IMG/VR virus record: IMGVR_UViG_3300027867_000003
Coordinates: 20,798-84,797 of that record
Origin: a virus
Length of the DNA stretch: 64,000 nt
Strand: one strand, 5' to 3'
Shown here: positions 1-9,429 of the stretch, in pieces
Numbering within the stretch: position 1 is the first letter of the stretch
How the letters are laid out: every line of letters starts with the position of its first letter
Notes under the pieces: model-generated
The model's input: only the letters and a program-made list of their open reading frames with translations
Database searches by the model: none
What the model was told of the DNA's origin: nothing
Made by a program: the position numbers and the translations under genes

Positions 1-2620
1 TCTGAAGCTGTTCCTCAGTATCATCGTCACGGAGGATTGTCACAACGCGGCCGGGGCGGGTATAGATCTTTGGAATCAGGTCAACATAGATTTCACCTGT
101 GTGACGGAGGCTATGAATCAGGTTATCAATATAATTGAAGCTACCAATATCTCCCGAGCGGCGAAGCTCCCGAAGCGCCCGACCGCTTTCGTCGTACTGA
201 CGCTCTTGAAGGGTTGCGTCGAAACGAACGCCGGTTGTCGCCAACATGTCCTGGGCGGCGCCCATTGCGACATTCACAACACCGGCGGGAATTTGAGCAG
301 GCGGAATTCGCTGCGGTGGAGGAACCATATGACCGTGGATTTCTTGGGCACGATAGGGAAGGAAAGACAGGTTCTTAGTATTAGATTCCTGCCAAACGCC
401 CTCATAGCCTTCTAGCTGGCCTTCTGCGATTAAATAAGGCGATTTAGGAACCAACATCGTTACTTCTGTTTCCATCGTGTTATGTGTTGCAATCATTCCC
501 CTTCCAGCTAGAAACAGATGAGAAGGACTGTCCACAGAAATACATTTAACGGGAACAGAAGTCACAGATTCTACAGATACTATGCTGTGCCTCTTAGACC
601 TTCTCTCTTGAAAAGGTCTGACTTTGTTTTGAATAGTTGCTTTCCTTTTAAGTCTAAATACATTTTCATCATGAGGACACGAAAATAAGAAAATATATGC
701 GTCACTCCCCTCATAAAGTCTACCTGTTGAAGCATTGACAGTGTTATGTTTCTCCCCAGCTTCCTTAATAATCTTGACTCTTATTCCTAGGGATGCAATA
801 AGTTCCTCAAAATCCAAGGCTAACTTTTCGTTTGTAGTAGAAAACCCACATTGATTGTTTCGCGGGTTAATAGTTCCATCGGTGTCCATCAATCCTTGTA
901 AAAGATTCCACCTTTGCTGGATAGAACCTCTAAGATACATTGCGGGTATGTGCTTTTTATTGACTATCAATCCCAACCCAGTAAATAAATGTCTAACACC
1001 TAAAACAGTGAATCTGCAAACCGCGTTATCTCCTCTAATATCATATTTTGTTGAACTCAATCTATATCTCAAATTTGTCAAATTATCTCGCATATTATCT
1101 ACATCAGACACACCAGAGAAAATTATAGGATCATTCTTAGATCCGTCCCCCAACCAAACACCCAATAAATATGGGTCTATGGGAAATTCCATGGAAGGAA
1201 GCTCCAAGGGCAAAGTAGTATAAATAAAATGCTTATCAGGTTCTAGTTCCTTTGTAGTTAAGATTTTATCTGTCCAGATTGTTCCAGCCGCTTTTCGACC
1301 AGAACGCTCTTCAACCGCCCAGGGATGATCCTCATCAGCAATTATGGATGTCCCACAATTAAAAGTCACTCTAAAACATTTGTGAAACAGATGTGTTGGA
1401 CTAACTCCCTTAACATTACAGATGTCGCCTTTTTCGTCAAAAACTTTATCTCCAACAACTATATCACCAATAGGTTTCCATCCATCTGGAGTTGGAATAG
1501 GAGTATCGATTGCAAGACAGCGACTATAGTTCAGCATCCTCTGTGGATCTTTAGCTTGCCGAATAATTCCCCAGAGCTTTACCCTGCCCTCAATGTCCTG
1601 TTCATCACCAATGACTTTGACAATCGGAATCCATCGACCTGGCCAAACGGTTTGTTCGAGGATCTGACGCCCTGTGATTTTGTACCATGTTATCTTAGGA
1701 ACCAGTGATCTGCGTTTGTCGACGACCTTGAATTGTTGCAGAACCTCGGGGCGAAGCTCGTCGCGCCAACCCTCGAAACCATTTTCTAGGAGAACCAGCT
1801 CTCGGGGCTCTAATTTGGTTTCATAGTATTCCGCAATTCGAACACTATATTGATCGATCCAAGTCTTTAGGCTGTCACCGAAACCGCCTGTGACCCACGG
1901 CATCGGGTCTGCGTCGGGCCACTGAGCTTTGAATTCATCTCGGTCAATCATCTCTGTGATGAAGCCGAATTTAGCGTCACTTCCGTCTATTTCGGTAGAA
2001 TCGGGATCAAGATAAACTGAGTAGGCATTCCTAATGCGTTTACAAACAATGATTTGATCGAAGGTATCGGGGTCAGCATATTCAGTTGTAACTCGCCAGT
2101 ATCCCCAACCTTTTCTGACGGCAGACTCGAAGCCAGTGTCATAGGCTCGATCTGCACGACTGTCGCGTTCGATTTCACGAATAAGCCCACGATAAATCCG
2201 AGCAACTTCAACATCGCTCCGGTCGCCAATCGGATGAATGTCGAGCGTTGGGCGGTTCTGGCGTTGGTCATTCGTAACTTGTTTAACGAGGACTGGAAAC
2301 TTATTGACCGTGAGGCAGGGACGTCGTTCCGAGTTCCTTCGTGCCCGATCGTTGGCGCTCCACTGATCTCCAGCATAGAATTTGTCGTCGTCGAGACCTT
2401 CGCGGCGATTATCGGCCTCAGCCGAGATGCAACGTTCGAGGCGCTTGCGGGCACGAGAGAGGACTTCGGCTTCATCCTCTTGCTGAGATTGATATTCGGC
2501 ACGGAGAGGACGCACATTGGAATTATCGTTAAGATCAGTCGGTGAAATTTTATTCATTCCGACGTCGACCTTTGGCAAACTGATCTTGCCACTGTCGCGT
2601 GGGCTATCAGGGTCCTGCAC
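1..2620 (-). CDS. P22-like portal protein (3' end outside window), interrupted in frame by an intein
   Basis: Manual minus-strand translation (absent from the ORF track because it runs off the edge): ...EADNRREGLDDDKFYAGDQW...RPCLTVNKFPVLVKQVTNDQRQNRP...GWGYWRVTTEY...QAKDPQRMLNY, typical of P22-type portals; downstream of terL. Start GTG 2620 (alternative ATG 2557). Confidence 0.9.
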   Translation of the reverse strand, partial: MQDPDSPRDSGKISLPKVDVGMNKISPTDLNDNSNVRPLRAEYQSQQEDEAEVLSRARKRLERCISAEADNRREGLDDDKFYAGDQWSANDRARRNSERRPCLTVNKFPVLVKQVTNDQRQNRPTLDIHPIGDRSDVEVARIYRGLIREIERDSRADRAYDTGFESAVRKGWGYWRVTTEYADPDTFDQIIVCKRIRNAYSVYLDPDSTEIDGSDAKFGFITEMIDRDEFKAQWPDADPMPWVTGGFGDSLKTWIDQYSVRIAEYYETKLEPRELVLLENGFEGWRDELRPEVLQQFKVVDKRRSLVPKITWYKITGRQILEQTVWPGRWIPIVKVIGDEQDIEGRVKLWGIIRQAKDPQRMLNYSRCLAIDTPIPTPDGWKPIGDIVVGDKVFDEKGDICNVKGVSPTHLFHKCFRVTFNCGTSIIADEDHPWAVEERSGRKAAGTIWTDKILTTKELEPDKHFIYTTLPLELPSMEFPIDPYLLGVWLGDGSKNDPIIFSGVSDVDNMRDNLTNLRYRLSSTKYDIRGDNAVCRFTVLGVRHLFTGLGLIVNKKHIPAMYLRGSIQQRWNLLQGLMDTDGTINPRNNQCGFSTTNEKLALDFEELIASLGIRVKIIKEAGEKHNTVNASTGRLYEGSDAYIFLFSCPHDENVFRLKRKATIQNKVRPFQERRSKRHSIVSVESVTSVPVKCISVDSPSHLFLAGRGMIATHNTMETEVTMLVPKSPYLIAEGQLEGYEGVWQESNTKNLSFLPYRAQEIHGHMVPPPQRIPPAQIPAGVVNVAMGAAQDMLATTGVRFDATLQERQYDESGRALRELRRSGDIGSFNYIDNLIHSLRHTGEIYVDLIPKIYTRPGRVVTILRDDDTEEQLQ
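479..1519 (-). mobile_element. Intein (347 aa) with LAGLIDADG homing endonuclease inside the portal
   Basis: Begins CLAIDTPIPTPDGW, ends ...FLAGRGMIATHN followed by +1 Thr; internal PYLFGVWLGDG and LLQGLMDTDG motifs; more AT-rich than the flanks; 1041 nt in frame. Confidence 0.93.
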
Positions 2621-2634
2621 AGAGGTTATCCGCC

Positions 2635-2871
2635 TTAAATCTCACTGTGAATTCGGGTCATCAATTCACCAATTTTGTCCATTCGTGAATGAAGCCTACG
2701 GATAAGATCAAGGGTCGTGGGAACTTCGCCCCCTGTGGGAGCAACCGAGACTCCAACGTCTGTTCCATCGATGTGTTTGGCAAGAAATTTGGTAATGGAG
2801 GAAATGTGGTCCATTAACCGCTGATCGAGGGATTGGAGTTCTCCGGTAATCGAGGGTTTGATGTCGGGCAT
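2635..2871 (-). CDS. Hypothetical protein
   Basis: 78-aa ORF with GGA-type RBS, in operon upstream of the portal. Confidence 0.6.
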   Translation of the reverse strand: MPDIKPSITGELQSLDQRLMDHISSITKFLAKHIDGTDVGVSVAPTGGEVPTTLDLIRRLHSRMDKIGELMTRIHSEI

Positions 2872-2874
2872 TAG

Positions 2875-3030
2875 CTAATATCCCTTTCCGCCACCACCAG
2901 AGCCGCGGCTTCGGGTGGCCTTGGGCTTATCGCTTTGAAGAGCTTTTGGGGTCTTCATCGGCTTTGATTGCTTTGGAAGTCGGACGGTCTTTGGCTTATA
3001 TGAGACGAAGGCAGATTTCTGTCGGGCCAT
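2875..3030 (-). CDS. Small basic Lys-rich protein (51 aa)
   Basis: Manual translation MARQKSAFVSYKPKTVRLPKQSKPMKTPK...GGGKGY; fills the gap tightly between neighbours. Confidence 0.5.
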   Translation of the reverse strand: MARQKSAFVSYKPKTVRLPKQSKPMKTPKALQSDKPKATRSRGSGGGGKGY

Positions 3031-3031
3031 T

Positions 3032-3286
3032 CTAGGAATTCCTAACTAGGACTTCGCACGGGGGAAACCCGGCTTCGATAACAGCTTCTATAGACGAGAG
3101 GGCCTTTTCGCGCGCCTCGCGGAGGGATTTCCCAATCGGAGGCTTTGAGATCACGGCGAAGTATTCTCCATTCCGGCCATCTGAGACAGAGATTCGGAGA
3201 GCCTGAGAATCGAGAATTGGGGAATAGAAACTGAATTCACTGTATGTGAGCTTTGGTCGATCGCCCGATTTTTCCTCGTCGGTCAT
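3032..3286 (-). CDS. Hypothetical protein
   Basis: Likely start MTDEEK at 3286; operon packing. Confidence 0.55.
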   Translation of the reverse strand: MTDEEKSGDRPKLTYSEFSFYSPILDSQALRISVSDGRNGEYFAVISKPPIGKSLREAREKALSSIEAVIEAGFPPCEVLVRNS

Positions 3287-3523
3287 TGATCTTTTCCAAC
3301 GACAACCGGAACTAAGGTCGTCTGATTCGCGGCTGATAAGAGGGCAAATTTGGCCCGGTCCAAGATCCACGAGGCACGTTCAACGGTCATATCGGGGCCG
3401 CTCGTGATGACGAGAGCACCACTGGATAATTCGGATAGAATTAGAACCGAGGTTGGAGAAGACCTAATAACGGCCGTTAGGGCCGAGTCGGCCGACAGAT
3501 GAACATTGGAAATCGGAGCCGAG

Positions 3524-3727
3524 TCAAGCATGGGTTTTCCGCTTAGGAATCCAACCTCCGAGGAGAATGTAGGCAATACCACCCAAGATATAAGGAAGGG
3601 TAAAGACCGAGCCGATGACAATAGCTAGAAGGGCAACCATGATTAGGGAATTCGTAATAACGGTCAGCACGACTCCACCGCCGAATAAGAGGCAGGCGGC
3701 GATAATTAGAAGAAGGAAAACGATCAA
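3524..3727 (-). CDS. Small membrane protein
   Basis: 67 aa, almost entirely hydrophobic with a basic C-terminal tail. Confidence 0.55.
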   Translation of the reverse strand: MIVFLLLIIAACLLFGGGVVLTVITNSLIMVALLAIVIGSVFTLPYILGGIAYILLGGWIPKRKTHA

Positions 3728-3927
3728 CGAATTATTCCCTGTGGACCGTTGGCGTTTCGCTTTTGGCGAAGCCGATTTTCGGAATCCCTGCCCCAGTCAG
3801 GCATCGAAGGGTCATGTTGAGTCTGGAGAGATCGGCCATGTTTGTCGACAGGAAAGTTTTCCTTTGGCTGGGGCCACGAGCGACCTGGATGGGTCTTGAA
3901 AGGCTTTTCTTCGTGCGGAGCGGGCAT
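3724..3927 (-). CDS. Hypothetical protein
   Basis: 67-aa ORF preceded by AAGGA RBS; overlaps the next gene by 4 nt. Confidence 0.55.
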   Translation of the reverse strand: MPAPHEEKPFKTHPGRSWPQPKENFPVDKHGRSLQTQHDPSMPDWGRDSENRLRQKRNANGPQGIIR

Positions 3928-3949
3928 CAGAGGTAGTTCCTTTGACCTA

Positions 3950-4424
3950 AGTTCTCAAGGCATACAACGCACGGGGCCGGGGCAAACGACTGTTGGTTCT
4001 CCCTCACGACAGAGAATAACCCCATCGTGAGGGACCAAGGCAACACGGTGCAACTTTGCTGTAGCAGATGATTTGTTGGCCCAGTTACGGTTCCCCACCA
4101 TCTTTAACGACCGCTTGTGGCGAATCGAACTACATTGCATCATGCAGACTATAGAACCAAGGCGCTTTGGTAGTAGCAGCAGTGGTAGTGATGGCGATGG
4201 GCATAAGCCCAGCCACGTTTGCGGTCGCGGGTAGCGAACCGCCCTGCTCCACACCAACCGCCCCGCGCCGACTTAGGTGGGGGTTCACGAGAGTCGAAAT
4301 TCTCGCGCCCCGGGCCAAAGGCCCCACGCTGGACTAATGCAGCAGTTTTGATCGACAAGTTGAGCCCACCGGAGCGACAGACAGGCGCCTCATTCAGTCG
4401 CATGTCTTGGCCCATTCCTGCGTT
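3950..4424 (-). ncRNA. Putative large structured RNA (element 1)
   Basis: No convincing CDS. Minus-strand stems with G-U pairs: CCCUCACGAUGGGG/CUCUGUCGUGAGGG (14 bp, 3 G-U), UGAGGCGC/GCGCCUUG, GCGACCGC/GCGGUCGU (crossing, pseudoknot), AGAUGGU/AUCAUCU; ends pair (AACGCA..GGGCC / GGCCC..UGCGUU). Confidence 0.6.
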
Positions 4425-4694
4425 CTAGTCCTGACTGCCAGTCAATGTGCGATTCTCTGACTCGGTCGATTGATTGAGCCAAGGAACCGATTTGCCGCCG
4501 TTAGGTTGGTCCTCAAGGGCTTCTATAGCCTTTCGGGCCTGACGCCGGACAAATTCTCGAATCTCCTCGCTAGTTGATTCCCATCGGGGTGGGAAATTGC
4601 CGGTTGCCAAACGACGCCAATTGGCATAATAAATTGCTTGAGCGACAACGTCGAGCTTTGGGTGATCGAATTGATCGGGCATTTTATCGTCCAT
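4425..4694 (-). CDS. Hypothetical protein
   Basis: DVVAQAIY...W...EEIREFVRRQARKAIEAL, a helical pattern typical of small phage proteins. Confidence 0.6.
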   Translation of the reverse strand: MDDKMPDQFDHPKLDVVAQAIYYANWRRLATGNFPPRWESTSEEIREFVRRQARKAIEALEDQPNGGKSVPWLNQSTESENRTLTGSQD

Positions 4695-4705
4695 TGTTGA
4701 TGGAT

Positions 4706-4945
4706 CTAGGTGTTGAGCTTTTCGAACCAAATGGGGACTTTTTGCCAGCGAAGGCCAGCGGCCGCGACGAAGCCGAGGGACGCAAGATCACCGGAAGATA
4801 ATTTCTTCGGGAGTCGGTCGTCGTTGGGCTTGTAGATGATTTCAATCTGACGGCCGAGGGTTCGCTCGCAATGGAGGTTCCAGGCCCGTAAGTCAAGGGG
4901 TTGGCTCCGAGGACCAAGAAATATGGGAACTCCAGGTCTATTCAT
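4706..4945 (-). CDS. Hypothetical protein
   Basis: 79-aa ORF in the minus-strand operon. Confidence 0.45.
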   Translation of the reverse strand: MNRPGVPIFLGPRSQPLDLRAWNLHCERTLGRQIEIIYKPNDDRLPKKLSSGDLASLGFVAAAGLRWQKVPIWFEKLNT

Positions 4946-5012
4946 AAGGAATCCAGGGTTTCGAGAACAGAATGAATAAAGAGAACGAGAATCAGGATAA
5001 TGAGGCTGCCCA

Positions 5013-6446
5013 TCAATGGACCATCCAGCTGAGGTCGGAGACGTTCGACTCTATGGATGTCGATCTGACGAACCTCCGAAGCTTCGGGGTTCGGACCATC
5101 TGGAGGCCCCGGCCAATCAAAGAACAGACGTCGACGCCGTCATCATGACGGCCACTGGGAAACGAGGTTAGCTGGTGCAACAAATCTCCTTTCCAGCGGG
5201 CATTCTTCGGGAGAAAGACCTTCCCCATAGACGCTTTTGCCTGGAAGCTTTTGCAACGGGTTGGTTTGTCGTTGATCGAGGGGAGCCACTCAATTCGGCA
5301 TTCAGCGTTTCGCTCGGTCATCCGGGCCGTTAGAAAGGGCTCGACCGATCTCCTGATGGGGCCGCTTTCGCCGAACCACAATTCAGGATCGTGGTCGAGG
5401 ATCAAATCGCATTGCTTCTCGATCCAAATATCTGGGGTAGTTTGGCCGCGCCACCAGTCGGTGATATAGATATTTCCCATTGAGTCGAGATTGAAGATAC
5501 CGTGTTCGGTGAAATCGCCGTGGCCTTCGGTGACGGCATAGTCGGAGGCCCCATAGGCAATCGTGTTTGCCGGAAGGGCGTCGTATTCGCCGAACCAAGA
5601 GGCTTTGAAATAGTCGCCTTCCTCAGAGACGGGGCGCTGTTGATAGAGGGCTTGCCAACTCCTGGCGTCAAGTTTTGCGACCTCAACCATCTTAGGCGTG
5701 AACCACTCGGGCCATAGGAGAACCCCGGGTCTTCGACCCAAGGGATCGTCGACGTGGGCTTCCATGCCCAGCTCAACCACGGTCCATTGATCTGCTTCTC
5801 GGTCGAGAATTCGCCCCGCCAGATCCCGTTCGTGCCACCGAGTTGTGACAATGATCTGAGCCGCCTTCGGCTTGAGGCGGGTCAGGAAGTCAGAGATGTA
5901 CCAGTCGTAGGTCCGTTCTTGGGCTCGAAGGGAATCGGCTTCTTCCCGACCTTTGGTCGGGTCGTCGATCAGGCCGATGTCGGCCCTTCGACCTGTAATG
6001 GCAACGCCAACGCCGGCGGCAAAATACTCACCGTCGAGTTCTGTTGACCAATAGGAAACGGCTTTTGAGTCGCGGGCGATGCTGACGCCAAAGAGGGCCG
6101 CGTGGTCAGGGCGGGAGAACAGATTTCGAACCCGTCGGCCGAAGCGATCCGCTAGGTCCTGTGTATGCGAACAGGCTAAAATGGCCTTCGTCGGATTTCG
6201 GCCGAGATACCATGACGGAAAGACCATTGAACAATAGAAACTTTTCCCACTACCTGGGGGTTCGCAGATCATCAGTTTGTCGATTTTGCCGACTTCCACG
6301 GCTTCAAGGTGCCGCAGAATTAGTCTGTGATGTTGAGCGGGCGTGACGCCTAAGTCCATGTATTCGACGTAGTCGGCAATCGAGGCCCGTGCGACGGAAC
6401 GGAGTTCCAATTCACGAAGGGCCTCAGGTGGACTTAGGAAGGGCAT
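5013..6446 (-). CDS. terL: Terminase large subunit
   Basis: Walker A EPPGSGKS, Walker B IGLIDDP, TTRWH motif, C-terminal RNase H-like nuclease ending FPSGRHDDGVD. Confidence 0.95.
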   Translation of the reverse strand: MPFLSPPEALRELELRSVARASIADYVEYMDLGVTPAQHHRLILRHLEAVEVGKIDKLMICEPPGSGKSFYCSMVFPSWYLGRNPTKAILACSHTQDLADRFGRRVRNLFSRPDHAALFGVSIARDSKAVSYWSTELDGEYFAAGVGVAITGRRADIGLIDDPTKGREEADSLRAQERTYDWYISDFLTRLKPKAAQIIVTTRWHERDLAGRILDREADQWTVVELGMEAHVDDPLGRRPGVLLWPEWFTPKMVEVAKLDARSWQALYQQRPVSEEGDYFKASWFGEYDALPANTIAYGASDYAVTEGHGDFTEHGIFNLDSMGNIYITDWWRGQTTPDIWIEKQCDLILDHDPELWFGESGPIRRSVEPFLTARMTERNAECRIEWLPSINDKPTRCKSFQAKASMGKVFLPKNARWKGDLLHQLTSFPSGRHDDGVDVCSLIGRGLQMVRTPKLRRFVRSTSIESNVSDLSWMVH

Positions 6447-6653
6447 CGATGATCGGTCTCAGAGGTCCTGCTAGGCCGCCGCCGGGGGCGTATCGGCGGC
6501 TGTGGCCGATTGAAGGGCCGTGATGGCGGAATTGAGGGCGTCGATGGCGGCCGTGATTTTCTCCTGATTAGAAACAATGAGACGGAGCCACGAGATCAGG
6601 CTCCACGAGGGAGGATATTGGGGAACCTGAGCCAATGGCTGGTTGCCTGAGGG

Positions 6654-6908
6654 CTATTGGTCGAGCTTGCGACCGCCGCCGGAGCCGCCGAGAAACGGCG
6701 GCGGATCGCGGTCCTGGGTGTGGGGATTCGTCGGGGCCGAGGTCATGATTTCGACCTTAGAGCGGGTCGGGCGGGAGCCGCTACCGACGGCGGTGTCTTG
6801 GGGCATCGAGCCGCCGTGTTCCTGCGGCATCGACGGGACATCGTGGATGATGTGGCCGCCCTTGGACATCATTTTGCCGGTGTGCGGATCGGGGCGATTA
6901 GAGGCCAT
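6654..6908 (-). CDS. Hypothetical disordered protein
   Basis: 84-aa ORF with strong AAAGGA RBS. Confidence 0.55.
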   Translation of the reverse strand: MASNRPDPHTGKMMSKGGHIIHDVPSMPQEHGGSMPQDTAVGSGSRPTRSKVEIMTSAPTNPHTQDRDPPPFLGGSGGGRKLDQ

Positions 6909-6940
6909 GATGGGAGGTCCTTTCTGAGGCCGGGGGGAGT

Positions 6941-7168
6941 TTAAGGGAGTTGACCCGTAGTAATCCCCAAGGCGGGGTCAATGTAGTTCACGACATAGCC
7001 TTGGGACTTATAGAAGGCAATTTCGTTGCGAAGTGCGTCGAGAGATCCAACACCGAGAACTCTGGTCGGGCCGGTGGGAGTTGACTGGACACCATTGATG
7101 GTGATTATTATTGATGGCGAGGTCCCCGCCGGGGATTTTGACTTCGTGATGCTAATGGTGCCGGCCAC
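6941..7168 (-). CDS. Hypothetical protein
   Basis: 75-aa ORF, GAGGA RBS. Confidence 0.55.
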   Translation of the reverse strand: MAGTISITKSKSPAGTSPSIIITINGVQSTPTGPTRVLGVGSLDALRNEIAFYKSQGYVVNYIDPALGITTGQLP

Positions 7169-7178
7169 TGATAGGTCC

Positions 7179-7414
7179 TCAGTTAAAGGGGGGTTTCACG
7201 GATTTGTTGTGCGGGCTGTTAGGCTCGTCGAACTCGCGGCCGTCGAAACTGTTGTGGACGATGATACCATCGTCGATGAATGGATGACAGGGACAATCGA
7301 CGCTGAAGGCGTGTTCCTGAAGATCTTCTATAGGAGTTACGTGTCGAGAGCCGTCTTCGAATATGTCGGCGCGCCACGGTTTCAGATCGAGCGCCGAGAG
7401 ATTTCACTTGCCAT
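7179..7414 (-). pseudogene. Small His/Cys-rich protein with out-of-frame start (frameshift or CTG start)
   Basis: GGAG+ATG at 7414 stops after 10 codons; a shifted frame from 7385 reads LKPWRADIFEDGSRHVTPIEDLQEH...DCPCHP...IVHNSFDGRE, which looks like a real phage protein. Confidence 0.4.
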
Positions 7415-7465
7415 AGGGGACTCCAGGGTTAGAGTTGCGTTTGATGATTGAGTGGTGGCTTGATT

Positions 7466-8392
7466 CTAGGTTCTTTCATAGTGAATCCTCGAGCGGATTA
7501 TGTCGAAACGACAGATATAGGAATCGTAGCCCTCGTGAAAGGTAGCGAGGAATCGAACGGGAACTTTCTCACCCTCAACCCCTATTACGTCTTCGGGGAT
7601 TCCAAGATGAGCTAAAGTGTCATTGGGCCGAATGCATTCTATGAGATATGATGCAAGGGAGGGTGCAAGTTCCTCAACCTTAGCAATGAATTTGCGCCAA
7701 ACTGGCTCTCGGACCTCAGCCATGAATTGGCGCGACTGAAGGCTCAGTTGTTCCCATTCGTCTCCGTGTTTGACAACTTCATCGGAGGTCGTGAAAACTA
7801 TATTGTCCCGATTTAATGTGCCCCTAATATAAGTTTCAATTAGGGCCATTACACGTTTGGCGTCCTCGGCCTTTGCACCCTGTCTATCTTCAATAGGTGC
7901 GTGCTTCGTTTCGAGATTTGGGATGAGCTTTTCGATTTGGATTTCACCGCCGCAGCCAACGTCGTATTTTATGGCGATGGCGACGGCCTCGGGAGCGGTT
8001 GCACCGGCGGCCATTGCGCCTATTAGGGTGTATTCTGCGCCGCCTTCGACATAGAAATCGGCCTTTGGATTTCTGATAGCGCGGCCCTGATAATCGACAC
8101 AAATGACTTCACCATTGGTGCGGACGATTATGGCGCCAAAGCCGCCGACTCGGTCGCCACATTTTGGATCAAATAGCTCACTGTGGCAGTCATTTTCGAT
8201 CCAGTTATCTACGGCGCCGGACAGAATTAGGCCCTGGAAGATTTGGTTTGTCCCGGCTTGCCCCGCTGCCGCGCCCATTGTGCCGGATTCGGTGTTTCGG
8301 ACAATCTTGCGATTATAGCCGCGAACTGAATCGCCCCCTAGAGTCAGGGTGTCGGCGGCCATGATTCCGTCGCGATAAGCGATTGCAGTCAT
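7466..8392 (-). CDS. HslV/proteasome-beta-like Ntn hydrolase fused to an unknown C-terminal domain
   Basis: N-terminal M-T-A-I-A-Y...MAADT (Thr nucleophile), Lys in RKI, and GGAEYTLIGAMAAGATAPEAVAIAIKYDVGCGG typical of phage HslV-like proteins; ~150 extra C-terminal residues. Confidence 0.7.
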   Translation of the reverse strand: MTAIAYRDGIMAADTLTLGGDSVRGYNRKIVRNTESGTMGAAAGQAGTNQIFQGLILSGAVDNWIENDCHSELFDPKCGDRVGGFGAIIVRTNGEVICVDYQGRAIRNPKADFYVEGGAEYTLIGAMAAGATAPEAVAIAIKYDVGCGGEIQIEKLIPNLETKHAPIEDRQGAKAEDAKRVMALIETYIRGTLNRDNIVFTTSDEVVKHGDEWEQLSLQSRQFMAEVREPVWRKFIAKVEELAPSLASYLIECIRPNDTLAHLGIPEDVIGVEGEKVPVRFLATFHEGYDSYICRFDIIRSRIHYERT

Positions 8393-8643
8393 AGGCTTGG
8401 CTCATATAGACGTGGGTCGTTCTCGGGATCGGCGTTGTTAAGGATGTCGTCGCGGGCCTGTTGAAGCATTGTTATGATTTCATTGATTTCATCGGGTGTG
8501 CATTGTGAATGTTCCACGTCGGGGAACTACGAAATCAATATGTCCGCAGAGTGTTCCGGCAGCTTTGAATGTTGCTCTGGGGAGCCGAGTTTCAAATAAC
8601 CTTGCCTCGTAAAGAGGCTTTCTTAAAGACGTAATCTTGGAGG

Positions 8644-9429
8644 TCAATGGGGGCCTCCCATGTAGAGCCTATTTTCCCCAAGATCGATCTGGGCGATGAG
8701 GGCCAGTTCGCGGTCGGACATCAGCCGAGGGTCGCGGTTCTGGTTGTCGGGATCAATGGAGTCGTCCAGTGGTTCGCAGAGATAGAGGGCGCGGAAGAGA
8801 TAGTCCGGGAGGTCCTTTTTGATTTCCTCGATCTCGGATTCGTCAAGAATATTGGTCTCTTCCATGACATTGAGATAGGTGATTTTTCTATATTGAGAGT
8901 CTGGAAGATCGCCGGCTTCGGATCTGCGGCACATGTTATAGAACCAATTGTTCTTGTCTCTGACGGAGCCCATGATGACCGCGGGGGCCTTTAGGGCCAT
9001 CAGATTTGACCGTAGTTGGTGCCAGGCGGATTCGGAAACTTGGGGACCGATGGTTTGACTAGCACCGTCGATTACGAGGCCCCAGATGTCCTCGGAAATG
9101 ATATTACTGTCGGCAGAACGGAAGACCAACAGAGTTCCCGAGGAAGCGATGATCGTTGGCGTTGGGGCTTCACGGCTTTGGAAGGATCGTATGGGAAGAT
9201 TTTGGCGAACCCGGTTGAAGGCGACCCGGGTCTGCTCTGAACTGGGGGTGACGAACCAATAGGTCTGACCGGGTTTGCCGAGAAACCCCCATTCGAGAAT
9301 TCGGGCTATGCCGGCGGCGGTCATGCCGGACTTTGTTGATGCTTCGAGGAGGGTCCAGCGTTTGTCGGTAAAGATGGCCGCCTGCTGACGGGGATAGAGA
9401 TAGGGCCTGGTGTAGACTAGATCGGTCAC
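8644..9429 (-). CDS. Terminase-like ATPase-domain paralog with degenerate Walker motifs and no nuclease domain
   Basis: LYPRQQAAIF...LLEASTKSGMT (K to M), GLVIDGA (E to G), ends after LPDYLFRALYLCE; start uncertain (ORF is open to 9567). Confidence 0.7.
   Translation of the reverse strand: MTDLVYTRPYLYPRQQAAIFTDKRWTLLEASTKSGMTAAGIARILEWGFLGKPGQTYWFVTPSSEQTRVAFNRVRQNLPIRSFQSREAPTPTIIASSGTLLVFRSADSNIISEDIWGLVIDGASQTIGPQVSESAWHQLRSNLMALKAPAVIMGSVRDKNNWFYNMCRRSEAGDLPDSQYRKITYLNVMEETNILDESEIEEIKKDLPDYLFRALYLCEPLDDSIDPDNQNRDPRLMSDRELALIAQIDLGENRLYMGGPH

Noticed and set aside
101-2545. ORF-track calls in 101-2545
   Set aside because: They are antisense or out-of-frame shadows of the portal/intein gene.
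4130-4330. Permuted (two-piece) tmRNA, suggested by a TTCGA loop, CCCCCACC...GGGGC and a GCA AAC-starting short frame
   Set aside because: No proper acceptor stem, CCA end or D-loop, and the frame does not end in an AA-type degron.
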